A DNA stretch of 64,000 nucleotides from Patescibacteria group bacterium (lineage in GTDB: Bacteria > Patescibacteriota > Microgenomatia > JAMCZE01): NCBI GenBank assembly GCA_023380635.1, contig JAMCRP010000001.1:247911-311910 (forward strand). Reading direction: 5' to 3'. Position numbers and translations under genes: made by a program. Positions 47,771 to 58,205 of this stretch are shown here, piece by piece. Each line of letters starts with the position of its first letter. Position 1 is the first letter of the stretch. The notes below the pieces were generated by a model. The model searched no databases. It was not told the DNA's origin and saw only the letters and a program-made list of their open reading frames with translations.

Positions 47771-48439
47771 TCACTTTAATCTAAAGTCGATTTCCTGCTT
47801 AAACTGATCAATACTCTGGCCGCCGGTAAACTTAGTACCGTTAACAAAGAATGTCGGAGTAGCGTCAATTCCCACTTTATTACCATCAGCCTGATCATTT
47901 AACACTTTTTGCCGTATAGCATCGGAATCTAAATCAGCCGCAAATTTAGCCGTATCCAGCCCCAAACTTTGAGCCAAGCCAATAGCTTTATCTTTATCAA
48001 AAGCGTAGTCCGGCGATGATTCGAAGGCAGCAAACAGCGCGTCGTGCATTTCCCAAAACTTCCCCTGCAACCCCGCTGCTTCAGCGGTTTCCGCCGCTAA
48101 AAAGGCGTATTGATGAGAAGGTAAGGGAAATTCACGATAAACAAACCGGACACTGCTATTTTTATAAGTATCCAGCATCTGTGCCACGGCTGGCTGAGCC
48201 GCCTGGCAGGCCGGACATTCAAAATCAGAAAATTCCACAATAGTGACTTTAGCGTTTTCCGGACCGAGAAAATGAGAGTCGGGCCGAACCAAAATACTGG
48301 TATCCACCACCTGAGCTGCCGCCGTTGATCCTGAGCTGCTGTTTCCCTGTCCGGACAAAAAAGCCACCCCGCCAATAAGGATTAGCGTGCCGGCAATAAT
48401 CGCAATAAAAACTTTGGTTTCTGTGCTAAGATTGGGCAT
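47771..48439 (-). CDS. DsbA/BdbD-family thiol-disulfide oxidoreductase (membrane-anchored)
   Basis: The thioredoxin-fold active site is FSDFECPACQ. There is an N-terminal TM. Confidence 0.75.
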   Translation of the reverse strand: MPNLSTETKVFIAIIAGTLILIGGVAFLSGQGNSSSGSTAAAQVVDTSILVRPDSHFLGPENAKVTIVEFSDFECPACQAAQPAVAQMLDTYKNSSVRFVYREFPLPSHQYAFLAAETAEAAGLQGKFWEMHDALFAAFESSPDYAFDKDKAIGLAQSLGLDTAKFAADLDSDAIRQKVLNDQADGNKVGIDATPTFFVNGTKFTGGQSIDQFKQEIDFRLK

Positions 48440-50753
48440 TTAAGCGCATTTTAACAGTCTGGACTAAAAACAAATAGGTTACCGTTAACAATAATAACAC
48501 AACCAGCAAGATAAACGGCAGGGAAACGAAAGAAAAAAGGTGAGCCAATGGTGTAAAGGGAATGATTAGAGCCGTCAGGGCCATGCCGCCGCAGGTTAAA
48601 ACCATCCCTGCGCTTGGCTGGCTTTGCAGAAAGGGAATTTTGCGGGTCCGGATAATAAACACAACCAGAACCTGAGTTAACAGTGATTCCACAAACCATC
48701 CGGTTTGAAACAGCGAACCAGCCGCTCTGAAGAAAAAGAGCAGAATACCAAAGGTTAAAAAATCGTAAACTGAACTAATCGGTCCAAAGACCAGCATGTA
48801 TTTCCGAATTGTTCGCATATCCCAGTGTTGGGGGCGCTGCAAACCTTCCGGATCAACATTGTCCGAAGAGATTGAAAGCTGGGAAACATCATAAAGCGAA
48901 TCGGACAACAGCACCTGGGAAGCGGTCATGGGCAAAAACGGCAGGAAAAATGACGCGCCGACCGCCGAAAAAGCGTTACCAAAATTGGAACTGGTTCCCA
49001 TGAGAATATATTTGACAGTGTTGGCAAAAATCTTGCGCCCCTCAACCACTCCGTCGGCAATTACCGCCAGGCTTTTACGTAGCAGGACTACCGACGCCGC
49101 ATCCTTGGCCACATCCACCGCGCTGTTAACGGAAATTCCCACATCGGCACTGTGCAGTGCCAAAGAATCGTTAATCCCATCTCCCAAAAAGCCCACGCAG
49201 TGTCCGTTGGCTTTAAGCAGATTAACAATCCGAAGTTTTTGTTCCGGTGTCATCCGGGCAAAAATATCCAACTCCCGAAGTTTTTCCCGAAGTTCCCCGT
49301 CAGCCATTTCTTCAATCCGGGGACCGGTCAAAATTTCTTTAACCGGAATCCCGATTTCCTGGCAAACTTTCCGGGTAATGACTTCGTTGTCACCGGTAAT
49401 AATTTTCACTTTTACTCCGGCGGTTGCCAGCCTTTCAATGGAAACTTTAGCCGTTTGCTTCGGGGTGTCGGCGAAAGTCAAAAATCCTGCCAGGCTTAGG
49501 CTTTTGGCGTCTGCAAAACTGTAGTGTAGTTTATCTTCGATAGATTTTGTCGCTACAGCTACTACCCGTAAACCCGCTTCGTTCAGGGCAACAATCCTCT
49601 TTCTCAAAACTGTCCTTTTTTGTGGTGTTAAACGGCAAAACTCCAATACTTCATGCGGCGCTCCTTTATAAATCAGCTCTCGCCCGGACGGACCTTCAAC
49701 AACGGTTAGCATCGCCCGCCGACCATAATCAAACGGCTCCTCGGCGACCTTTTCATATTTTTCCGGTACATGATAGTTAGTATTATGAGCAAATGCCCAG
49801 ATACTACTGTCAATTGGGTCACCAAAAATCCGGTGATGGACAATTGCGCCATTACAAAGCAGAGCCAGATCCAAAATCCGATCATTTTTGGTTCCGTTAG
49901 CGTCAAAGTACCCGGTTAAAGATATTTTCCCTTCTGTCAGAGTTCCGGTTTTATCTGTGCAGAGGATATCCATGTTTCCCAAATTTTCGATAGCCACCAA
50001 CTGTTTAACGATTACTTCTTTTTTAGCCAATCTGCCAGCTCCATGAGATAAACTAACGGTAATAATAACCGGCAATAGTTCCGGAGTAATCCCGATGGCA
50101 ATAGCCAGGGAAAATAGCACCGATTCGATAAAAGACCGACCTAAAAGACTATTAATAGTAATGGTGATAATTACCATCACCACTACTACCCGAACCAGAA
50201 ACAGACTAAAACCGCTTAAACCTTTTTGAAAACTGGTCTGTGGTCGACTGGCTTCCAATTTAGTCGAGATTTTTCCAAAGCGGGTCTGGGATCCGGCCGC
50301 CGTAATTTTTCCCTGGGCTGACCCGCGAATTACCGTTGTTCCCATAAACGCCGGGTCGCCGTTTTTCTTAGCAATGGTCGCCGCTTCTCCGGTCAAAGCC
50401 GATTCGTCTACTTCCAGGTTGTCCGACTCCGTTAAGATAATGTCCGCCGGAACCACACAGCCAGGGAAAAGAAAAACCACCTCTCCAGGATTGAGATTTT
50501 TTACCGGCACTTCCTGTTTGATCCCGTTTCGCACGACTACTGCCATCAGGGAAATTCTTTTCAGAAGATCTCTGACTGTCCGTTCCGCGCTAAACTCGTT
50601 CCAAAAACCCATCAGGATCGACAAGACGATAAGAAGAAAGATTATGACCGCATTGGTTGTTTCCCCCACCGTAAAAGAGATTACCGTTGCAACAACCAAG
50701 ATAATTAACAACGGATTTTTAATCTGCCGAAGAAAGATACCGAAGGCCAGCAT
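48426..50753 (-). CDS. cation-transporting P-type ATPase (P2-like)
   Basis: DKTGTLT phosphorylation site, GDGINDSLAL hinge and a TGE-like actuator. The protein is 775 aa. Confidence 0.8.
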   Translation of the reverse strand: MLAFGIFLRQIKNPLLIILVVATVISFTVGETTNAVIIFLLIVLSILMGFWNEFSAERTVRDLLKRISLMAVVVRNGIKQEVPVKNLNPGEVVFLFPGCVVPADIILTESDNLEVDESALTGEAATIAKKNGDPAFMGTTVIRGSAQGKITAAGSQTRFGKISTKLEASRPQTSFQKGLSGFSLFLVRVVVVMVIITITINSLLGRSFIESVLFSLAIAIGITPELLPVIITVSLSHGAGRLAKKEVIVKQLVAIENLGNMDILCTDKTGTLTEGKISLTGYFDANGTKNDRILDLALLCNGAIVHHRIFGDPIDSSIWAFAHNTNYHVPEKYEKVAEEPFDYGRRAMLTVVEGPSGRELIYKGAPHEVLEFCRLTPQKRTVLRKRIVALNEAGLRVVAVATKSIEDKLHYSFADAKSLSLAGFLTFADTPKQTAKVSIERLATAGVKVKIITGDNEVITRKVCQEIGIPVKEILTGPRIEEMADGELREKLRELDIFARMTPEQKLRIVNLLKANGHCVGFLGDGINDSLALHSADVGISVNSAVDVAKDAASVVLLRKSLAVIADGVVEGRKIFANTVKYILMGTSSNFGNAFSAVGASFFLPFLPMTASQVLLSDSLYDVSQLSISSDNVDPEGLQRPQHWDMRTIRKYMLVFGPISSVYDFLTFGILLFFFRAAGSLFQTGWFVESLLTQVLVVFIIRTRKIPFLQSQPSAGMVLTCGGMALTALIIPFTPLAHLFSFVSLPFILLVVLLLLTVTYLFLVQTVKMRLNAQS

Positions 50754-50759
50754 AAGTTT

Positions 50760-51470
50760 TTAGAAGTAACTGACGGCAAAAAAGCCCATCGCCAAACCTA
50801 AAAATAATCCGCCAAGTGTGTCGCTGGCCCAATGCTCGCCAAGATAGATGCGAGAAACAATCATCACCAGCGCGTACAAAACGGCAGCAACCGTCACCCA
50901 ACGGACCTTAAGATATCGGACGATCAGAAATGAACTAACAACCATTAAAAATAAGGTCCGGCTGACGTGACCGGAAGGAAAAGAACTGTTAGTCGACACA
51001 TAGGAAGTAGGAAAAGAGAAAGGCAAAGTATATCGAAAGAAATTTTGCGGTGGGCCAGGGTGATAAAGGCCTAGTTTGCCGATGAATTCAAACATTAAAA
51101 TTACTCCGAAAAAGACCAGGGCAAAAAAGATCTTCTTTTCTCTTCGGAAAACCCATAAGGCCAGAAGGAGAACCAGGAGAGTGGTCACTTCAAAACTTCC
51201 CAAAAGCGACAATATCGACAAAGGAATGTCCAGGGTTCTGGGAGTGACGGACTGGAGATATAAAGTTGTTTGCTCATCAAAATTACCAAAGACCCTTTTT
51301 GCTTCCAAAGCCAGTATCACCAAGAAGATCAGGAAAAAACCGGAACCAGTAAAAAAATAGGAAAAATTTTTCGGCAGGGTGTTGGCTTTTTTAAACTCTG
51401 ATAGCAGATATTTGCTTAATCTCTTCACAAAGATTATGTTAACACAAATCGCAGGGGTTTGTCTTTCCAC
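50760..51470 (-). CDS. PAP2-family phosphatase (phosphatidic acid / undecaprenyl-PP phosphatase-like)
   Basis: The PAP2 motifs are SFPSGH and SRIYLGEHWASD. There are 6 TM helices. Confidence 0.7.
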   Translation of the reverse strand: MERQTPAICVNIIFVKRLSKYLLSEFKKANTLPKNFSYFFTGSGFFLIFLVILALEAKRVFGNFDEQTTLYLQSVTPRTLDIPLSILSLLGSFEVTTLLVLLLALWVFRREKKIFFALVFFGVILMFEFIGKLGLYHPGPPQNFFRYTLPFSFPTSYVSTNSSFPSGHVSRTLFLMVVSSFLIVRYLKVRWVTVAAVLYALVMIVSRIYLGEHWASDTLGGLFLGLAMGFFAVSYF

Positions 51471-51925
51471 TCTTTTGCATAATCCACCCCAATTCTCGGG
51501 GTTATTTTTATTTTCTGCCGGCCGACATCCTCTCTTTCAGTAATGTATAAAGGGCCGGCGACAGTCATATCCACTCCGTTAAGTTTGGTAGTAATTCCTA
51601 AGCTTCGGCAAAGCCTGCCCGGTCCGGAAATGTCTCCCGCCCCCCGAATTAACACCGCCGCGCCGTCAGGTCCGGCCACCACATTAAGACAATAGTACAT
51701 CCCGTAAATCATATAAATGTAAGCGCGGCCTGCCGGGCCAAACATAATTTCCGTTCTTTTTGTTCGGCCAAACCGGCTGTGGGCTGCCAGATCATGTGGC
51801 CCCAAATAGGCCTCAGTCTCGGTTATTTTCAGCTTCTGATTTCCGCGGACTAAATATTTTCCCAAAAGCTCCGGTGCCAAAATATCCGCCGGTTTATTGT
51901 AAAATGCCCGGGTGAGAAGTTTCAT
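51434..51925 (-). CDS. mpg: DNA-3-methyladenine glycosylase (Mpg/AAG family)
   Basis: ITETEAYLGPHDLAAHS...MFGPAGRAYIYMIYGMYYCLNVV...AVLIRG is the MPG signature. Confidence 0.8.
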   Translation of the reverse strand: MKLLTRAFYNKPADILAPELLGKYLVRGNQKLKITETEAYLGPHDLAAHSRFGRTKRTEIMFGPAGRAYIYMIYGMYYCLNVVAGPDGAAVLIRGAGDISGPGRLCRSLGITTKLNGVDMTVAGPLYITEREDVGRQKIKITPRIGVDYAKEWKDKPLRFVLT

Positions 51926-52535
51926 GCCGCCCGAGTATACCAGAGGTTTAGCAAAATTTTATAAAAGAGACTTTATTGTCTCGCCCGCCGTCTTGATCCC
52001 CAGGATTGAAACTGAAGAAATTATCGAGCAGGTTCCCGCTAATGCTAAATTGATTGCCGATGTCGGCACCGGCAGCGGCTGTCTGGGCATTTCCCTGGCG
52101 GAGAAATATCCCGCGGCTACTGTTTATATCTCAGATATTTCCAACGAGGCCTTGTCTATCGCCCGCCAAAACATTCAAACCAAAAACGTTATTATCCTAA
52201 AATCTAACTTGCTATCCGGCTATCCTGTTAACCTGCTATTTGATGTTATCGTCGCCAACTTGCCCTATATTCCTTCGAAAAGAATTTCTCGGCTACTAGC
52301 TGCGATACGAAAATATGAACCCCACTTAGCTCTCGACGGCGGTCCCGACGGCGCCACTTTAATTAATCAATTGATTAAACAGTTGCCAACTCGCCTCAAG
52401 CCCGGTGGTTTAGCCGTTTTGGAAATTGATGATACCCACACTTTGAAAGTCTTTGATCTTCCGGAAAGTTTCAGCGGAGAAATAAAAAAAGACCGGTTTG
52501 AAAGAAACAGATTTATAATTCTTAAAAGAAGCTAA
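51912..52535 (+). CDS. prmC: HemK/PrmC-family protein-(glutamine-N5) methyltransferase
   Basis: DVGTGSGCLGISLA is the SAM-binding motif. VANLPYIP is an NPPY-type motif. The gene lies near prfB. Confidence 0.65.
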   Translation: MRSFMPPEYTRGLAKFYKRDFIVSPAVLIPRIETEEIIEQVPANAKLIADVGTGSGCLGISLAEKYPAATVYISDISNEALSIARQNIQTKNVIILKSNLLSGYPVNLLFDVIVANLPYIPSKRISRLLAAIRKYEPHLALDGGPDGATLINQLIKQLPTRLKPGGLAVLEIDDTHTLKVFDLPESFSGEIKKDRFERNRFIILKRS

Positions 52536-55258
52536 TTAGGATAATGACAGCGCTTGTATTTCTTGCCGCTCCCGCACCAGCAGGGATCGTTACGACCCAG
52601 TTTACTGTGATCTGATTTTGGAGGCACAGTTGTATTTAGTTTGCTACCTGTCAATGCCTGTCCAGTTCTGCTAGTATCTGTCAGCGTCTTTTCCTCTTGT
52701 TTCACTCCGCCTTCAATGTTCTCCACTTGAGCAGCGTTAGTTACCGCCTGTTGCATTTGGGCAATCTGTTCCGGTGTGGCCACAGCAATTTTATAGATCC
52801 GGTGGACAATTTCGCTGTCAACGGCCGCCATCAGTTTTTCGAACATGTCAAAAGCTTCCGATTTATATTCAACCAGGGGGTCCCGCTGGCCGTAACCGCG
52901 TAGCCCGATGCCTTCGCGAAGATCATCAATAGCTTCCAGGTGTTCCATCCAGAGAGTATCGATAACCCGTAGCATTTCCTGCTGTTCAATGTAACGGGAA
53001 ATTTCCACGCCCATCTGTTTTTCCCGGTGGTCATAAACATCACGGGCAATCTGCTGTAAGGTTTCCACTGTCTCTCCTCCTAGAGAAAGTTTCTTAACGA
53101 TTTCTTTGCGGGAATTCTCGTCAAACGGAATAATCGTGGCGTATTCCTCGACAAGTTTAGCCGTGCTGTCATCCTCAAAGTTGCCGGAGTAGGAAGCGAC
53201 CATAGTCGCAATTTCTTTATCAATCTTATCGAGAATAAACTGTTTGCTCTCGTTCTTAAAATTATCGTCCAGAACCTTGCGCCGCAGTCCGTAAACAATT
53301 TCCCGTTGTTTATTCATGACATCATCATAATCCAGCAGGTGTTTGCGTGAGTCGAAATTAAACTGCTCTACCTTACTCTGAGCCTGCTCAATCGCCCGGT
53401 TCACCATCCCGTGTTCCAGCGGCTGATCTTCGGGGATATTAAAGAAAGTCATCAGTTTTCCCACCTGGTCCCCGCCAAATAGACGCATAATGTCATCATC
53501 CAGCGCCAGAAAAAAACGGCTGGAACCCGGATCACCCTGCCGTCCCGCCCGACCACGCAGCTGGTTATCGATCCGGCGGGATTCGTGCCGTTCAGTGCCG
53601 ATGACATGCAAACCGCCGAGTTTTACAACCTCATCATGATCCTTTTCCCATTGCTTCCACTCCTTTGTTCCCACCATTGGCCGTCCATCTTCAAAACTTG
53701 GCTGATTGCCGCCCAAAAGAATGTCAACACCCCGGCCCGCCATGTTTGTGGCCACCGTAACCGCACCCTTTGTGCCAGCCTGGGTAATAATCAGCGCTTC
53801 TTTCTCATGCTGCTTAGCATTTAAAACCTGATGGGGAATGCCTTTATGGCGCAGAAACTGAGAGATAATCTCGTTGCGGTCAATCGAAGTCGTGCCAACC
53901 AAAACCGGCCGACCGATTTTGTGCATCTCTTCAATTTCATGAACAATTGCGGCATACTTAGCCCGTTGGGTTTTATAGACCTGGTCTGCCTGATCAATTC
54001 TGACCATTGGCTTATGTGTCGGGATGACCACCACATTCAGTTTATAAATCTTATGAAACTCTTCGGATTCCGTAGCGGCTGTGCCTGTCATGCCGGCAAT
54101 TTTTTCATATTTACGGAAATAGTTTTGCAAAGAAATGGTAGCTAGCGTCTTTGACTCCTGCTGTATCGGGACACCCTCCTTAGCTTCCACCGCCTGGTGG
54201 ATACCTTCGCTCCAGCGCCGTCCCGGCATGAGTCGCCCGGTAAACTCATCGACAATGACCACTTGATTATCCCGAACAATATAGTCGCGTTCTTTTTGGT
54301 AAAGAGTTTTGGCCTTCAGAGCGGCCTCAATATGGTGAACTGTAGAAAAATCTTTCTCATAAATATCTTTTGTACCCAAAAGTTGTTCAATCTTGCCAAC
54401 TCCGTGGTCAGTTAAATGGGCGGTTCGCAATTTTTCATCAATGACATAGTCCAGTTTCGGGGTTAGTTTTTCTACCAGCTGGGCGTATTCATAATATTTT
54501 TGGGTGGCTTCTTCCTGAGGCGCAGAGATAATATGCGGAGTGCGAGCCTCGTCGATTAGAACTGAGTCGACTTCGTCAACAATCGCAAAATAAAATCCTC
54601 TCTGGACCAGTTCTCCCGCGCTTCGGGCCATATTGTCCCGCAGATAATCAAAACCAAATTCGGAGTTGATACCATAAGTAATATCCGCCGCGTAGGCTTC
54701 TTGGCGCGAAATCGGCCGCAAATGCCGCAATCGCCAATCCGCTGCTTTTTCGTCAGTAAATTCCGGGTCGTATATAAATGAAGTATCGTGGATAATTGCC
54801 GAAGTGGATAACCCCAACAAATGAAAAATTGGCCCCATCCAGCCACTGTGACTCCTGGCTAAATAATCATTCACCGTAACCAAATGGGTTCCTTTGCCCG
54901 CTAGCGCGTTAAGATAAAGCGCGATTGCGGCGGTTAAGGTTTTACCCTCTCCGGTCTTCTGTTCGGCAATCTTTCCCTGATGCAGCACAATTGAGGCCAT
55001 GATCTGTTCATCAAATGGCCGCTGATTATTTACCCGGAAAGACGCTTCCCGAATTAAAGCAAATGCTTCAGGTAAAAGTTCATCAAGGCTTTTTCCGTTA
55101 GCGACTTGTTTTTTTAGTTCTGCAGTTTTTTGCGCAAAATCATTATCTTTAATTTTCTTAGTTCCAGTTTCCAAGCGATTAACTTCCTCTAGAATCGGAA
55201 TTAGCTTCTTGATTTCCTTGTCATTTGCGTTTATATACTTATTGAGAAAATTAAGCAT
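52532..55258 (-). CDS. secA: preprotein translocase ATPase SecA
   Basis: The 908-aa protein has DEAD-like motor domains and the C-terminal zinc finger CWCGSGKKYKRCH. Confidence 0.93.
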   Translation of the reverse strand: MLNFLNKYINANDKEIKKLIPILEEVNRLETGTKKIKDNDFAQKTAELKKQVANGKSLDELLPEAFALIREASFRVNNQRPFDEQIMASIVLHQGKIAEQKTGEGKTLTAAIALYLNALAGKGTHLVTVNDYLARSHSGWMGPIFHLLGLSTSAIIHDTSFIYDPEFTDEKAADWRLRHLRPISRQEAYAADITYGINSEFGFDYLRDNMARSAGELVQRGFYFAIVDEVDSVLIDEARTPHIISAPQEEATQKYYEYAQLVEKLTPKLDYVIDEKLRTAHLTDHGVGKIEQLLGTKDIYEKDFSTVHHIEAALKAKTLYQKERDYIVRDNQVVIVDEFTGRLMPGRRWSEGIHQAVEAKEGVPIQQESKTLATISLQNYFRKYEKIAGMTGTAATESEEFHKIYKLNVVVIPTHKPMVRIDQADQVYKTQRAKYAAIVHEIEEMHKIGRPVLVGTTSIDRNEIISQFLRHKGIPHQVLNAKQHEKEALIITQAGTKGAVTVATNMAGRGVDILLGGNQPSFEDGRPMVGTKEWKQWEKDHDEVVKLGGLHVIGTERHESRRIDNQLRGRAGRQGDPGSSRFFLALDDDIMRLFGGDQVGKLMTFFNIPEDQPLEHGMVNRAIEQAQSKVEQFNFDSRKHLLDYDDVMNKQREIVYGLRRKVLDDNFKNESKQFILDKIDKEIATMVASYSGNFEDDSTAKLVEEYATIIPFDENSRKEIVKKLSLGGETVETLQQIARDVYDHREKQMGVEISRYIEQQEMLRVIDTLWMEHLEAIDDLREGIGLRGYGQRDPLVEYKSEAFDMFEKLMAAVDSEIVHRIYKIAVATPEQIAQMQQAVTNAAQVENIEGGVKQEEKTLTDTSRTGQALTGSKLNTTVPPKSDHSKLGRNDPCWCGSGKKYKRCHYPN

Positions 55259-55278
55259 CAGTCTGCCTATTTTACCAT

Positions 55279-56223
55279 TTGATGACAGATAAATCAGAAG
55301 AGTTTAAAAAGAGAACCAATCGATCTTTAGCCGATTTCCAGCAATTCATTGATAAAAGTCAAATTTCCCCTTCTATTTATAGCCCCGGAAAGGTTTTCGT
55401 CCGCCGACACAATTTTTTAAACATTGTTCAGGAAAAATCTTCAGAAACTATTGAATTATCCTATACGGACATCCTGCGGGCCGGCGGATACACAGTTCCC
55501 ACCGAAGTCAATCCCGCTTACGCCCAAGCCGGCTCTCTTGGCCACGAACTCATCATTTCTGAACTGACCAATCGGCTCAATTCCTTACCCCGTCCCAACC
55601 TGGAAACAGAACTCCTTGAAGAACTCCTTAAGCATCCCAAACTAGCCGCTTTTGATGAGACCGAAGGTTCACAAATGTGGATGTTTTCTCCTCATAAGCC
55701 CTTGGCTCGAGACATTGCTCAAAAGATTATCCGGGTCGTTAATAACTACCTGCAGTTGAAACGGCAAAATCCACTTTTTGAGAAAACGGCCGTTATTCCT
55801 CTTGGAATAATTCATGAACACCAAGTTGTACTCATTACCAGAGGTGATGCAATTGAGGGTAATGTTGGCGAAAATACCATTGTTGATAATTTTAAAACTG
55901 GACTCACGCAGACAATGTCACTAAAAAGAGTCCACTTGGACACCTTTGTCCAGGAAGCCACGGCAGCAGCGATAGAAAATTCTTCACAGGTAAACCGGCC
56001 AGCTTGGCGAAACGGAAAGCTGACTGATGAATGGGTATACTACAGTCAAAAGCCGTTAAGCGAACTGGAAATCAGACCGATACCCTTGGGGAGAATAGTT
56101 TGTACTGACGGCCTTCTCGGGCAGGAAGTTAAGTTCAGTGACAACACCCGACAGGAAAAAAGGCGCTTCTATGACCTTGCAGCTGAGGCTATTGCTAAAA
56201 AGTTAAAATTGTCAACTCGCTAA
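55279..56223 (+). CDS. hypothetical protein (no recognisable domain)
   Basis: The 314-aa ORF is soluble. A probable partner ORF follows 2 nt downstream. Confidence 0.45.
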   Translation: MMTDKSEEFKKRTNRSLADFQQFIDKSQISPSIYSPGKVFVRRHNFLNIVQEKSSETIELSYTDILRAGGYTVPTEVNPAYAQAGSLGHELIISELTNRLNSLPRPNLETELLEELLKHPKLAAFDETEGSQMWMFSPHKPLARDIAQKIIRVVNNYLQLKRQNPLFEKTAVIPLGIIHEHQVVLITRGDAIEGNVGENTIVDNFKTGLTQTMSLKRVHLDTFVQEATAAAIENSSQVNRPAWRNGKLTDEWVYYSQKPLSELEIRPIPLGRIVCTDGLLGQEVKFSDNTRQEKRRFYDLAAEAIAKKLKLSTR

Positions 56224-56225
56224 AC

Positions 56226-56738
56226 TTGGAATATAATGCTCTCGTGCCAAAACCGGAAATTATTAAAAAACTGGCAATGGTCGGGATCAACGCCACGAGA
56301 GTTCCCCAGGAAAGGGGCATCCATATTTATCATGGCAAAACCGGCCTTACTTCAGGACAGGAAGCCACCTTGCAAAAAGTGGATCTCTGTGCCAGACAAC
56401 TTTTTGCCTATATTTATAACGCCATGTCCAGTGACTGGGACGCCAAACAACAAGCTGATTCTCAAAGCGAAGGTTTGGGTGAAATTCTCCAAGAAATAAA
56501 AAATAACAGTGTTCCCTGGCCCATGGTTAAAGAAAGAATCAAAAATGTTGCTGCAGAAATAAATAACAGTCAAACTTCACCCGCCACCCGCCGGGAAATT
56601 GCCAACGAGTTTTGGCGCCGTTTATACACCTCAGGAAAAATACCGCCAACTAGCGTCCGTCAAAAAACCCCGGAGCAGAATTTTGTTTCAAACGACACGC
56701 TCAGGCACCTGCTTCTCCGCAGCCACCAAATTATTTAA
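56226..56738 (+). CDS. hypothetical protein (no recognisable domain)
   Basis: The 170-aa ORF is soluble and tightly linked to 55279..56223. Confidence 0.45.
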   Translation: MEYNALVPKPEIIKKLAMVGINATRVPQERGIHIYHGKTGLTSGQEATLQKVDLCARQLFAYIYNAMSSDWDAKQQADSQSEGLGEILQEIKNNSVPWPMVKERIKNVAAEINNSQTSPATRREIANEFWRRLYTSGKIPPTSVRQKTPEQNFVSNDTLRHLLLRSHQII

Positions 56739-57238
56739 TGACAAACCTCCACCAGATTTATATAACCTTCTTTTAACCGTAAACAATTTACCAAAATCTG
56801 CCCCGTTGGCGCCAAAAATTTCTTCAGTCGGGAAATTCTTACCTGTTTCGCACCGACATAAATATCGACCAATACTAAATCAAATCTCCCGATGGACCGG
56901 AAATGACGGGCATCTTTAACCAAAATCTTTAAGTTGGGTATTTTGTCAAGGGCAAAATATTTTTTACCAATATCGATCATTATCGGGTCAATTTCGACAC
57001 CGGTAATTTTTGCATGGGGATACTTTTGGGAAATTATCCTAGCAGCTGTTCCGCAACCTAAACCAAGAATCAGGACATTGCTACATTGATCCAATGCTAT
57101 ATTGTTAATGGCTCTCTGCCAGACTGATTTTACTAAAGGTCCGGATTGTTCCACTCCTCCCACCCAAACAGACTTTTGCCAGAAGAAACTTTTTACTTTG
57201 ATGATACCGTTATATTTAGAATCTAGTAAGCGCAACAT
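56735..57238 (-). CDS. class I SAM-dependent methyltransferase (spermidine-synthase-like fold)
   Basis: VLILGLGCGTAARIISQKYPHAKITGVEID...FDLVLVD. I chose the start MLRLLDS at 57238. Confidence 0.55.
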   Translation of the reverse strand: MLRLLDSKYNGIIKVKSFFWQKSVWVGGVEQSGPLVKSVWQRAINNIALDQCSNVLILGLGCGTAARIISQKYPHAKITGVEIDPIMIDIGKKYFALDKIPNLKILVKDARHFRSIGRFDLVLVDIYVGAKQVRISRLKKFLAPTGQILVNCLRLKEGYINLVEVCH

Positions 57239-58205
57239 CGATAACTTTTTGTAAAAATTGGGGGTAGGTGTAACCGGCCACCCTGGCAGATCTGATCGCT
57301 CCGTCATTAGGACCAATGGCCGGATTGGCATTGACTTCTAAAATGTATGGCCTCCATTCCTCGCTGATACGAAAATCTACTCGGGTATAATCATAACAAC
57401 CTGTTACCTGAACAGCCCTAACTGCTAGTTCTCTAATTTGCGTTTCCAAATCTCCCGGCAAATCCGCCGGGCTAACCCCGACAGTTTCTTTGTAAGCCAC
57501 CGAATTTTCTTCCCATTTAGCCGCAAAATCGACAATCTTGTATTTTCCGGCGAATGACGGCCCGAAAACAATTTCCGAAATCGGCAAGGCAACCGCCTGA
57601 GCACCATTTCCCAAAACCGTAACGTTAGCCTCCCGGCCGGCAATATATTCCTCGGCAAAAACCGGCTCGGCGTATTTTTGCTGCAACTGTTCTGCCCGTT
57701 CATAAAGATCGACAGGATTATCTACGACAGATTTTTCCGTTATTCCCAGACTGCAATGTTCATTGCTGGGTTTAATAATTAGCGGAAACCGCATTTTCTG
57801 GTCCCACCTGGTCCCTTCTGTAAAAACCTGATAAGCCGGTGTCGGCAAATTTTGCGACTCCAAAACCTTTTTAGTAGCAATTTTATTATCCGTTAAAATG
57901 ATGGCCCGGGAGTCCGATCCGGAATATGGTTTTCCCGTGCGCTTCAAAACATCGGCAACATCTCCCTCACTTTTATCAGCGCTGCCGATACCATAGGCAT
58001 TATTAAAGAAGAAGTCAGTATCTTTTTTCAGAAGCTCCGGTATTGTTTTTTCATTTATTTCAAACAGATCAGCCTGGTGGCCGGCGGAAACCAAAGTTGC
58101 CGCAATCTCTTTGGCCGTTTTAACCGTATCCTCATCGGCCAGAATATCCTGAGGATCACCATGTTCTAGGGAAGTCACCTGGTTATAAACTACTGTGATT
58201 TTCAT
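57216..58205 (-). CDS. ddl: D-alanine--D-alanine ligase family ATP-grasp protein (paralog B)
   Basis: KPSNEHCSLGITEKSVV...EEYIAGREANVTVLGNG...YTRVDFRIS...YILEVNANPAIGP aligns with E. coli DdlB KPSREGSSVGMSKV...GPEFTVAILG...RIDVMLD...YLLEANTSPGMT. Confidence 0.75.
   Translation of the reverse strand: MKITVVYNQVTSLEHGDPQDILADEDTVKTAKEIAATLVSAGHQADLFEINEKTIPELLKKDTDFFFNNAYGIGSADKSEGDVADVLKRTGKPYSGSDSRAIILTDNKIATKKVLESQNLPTPAYQVFTEGTRWDQKMRFPLIIKPSNEHCSLGITEKSVVDNPVDLYERAEQLQQKYAEPVFAEEYIAGREANVTVLGNGAQAVALPISEIVFGPSFAGKYKIVDFAAKWEENSVAYKETVGVSPADLPGDLETQIRELAVRAVQVTGCYDYTRVDFRISEEWRPYILEVNANPAIGPNDGAIRSARVAGYTYPQFLQKVIDVALTRF

Noticed and set aside
48928-49524. 198-aa plus-strand ORF
   Set aside because: It is antisense to the P-type ATPase (DKTGT/GDGxND) gene.
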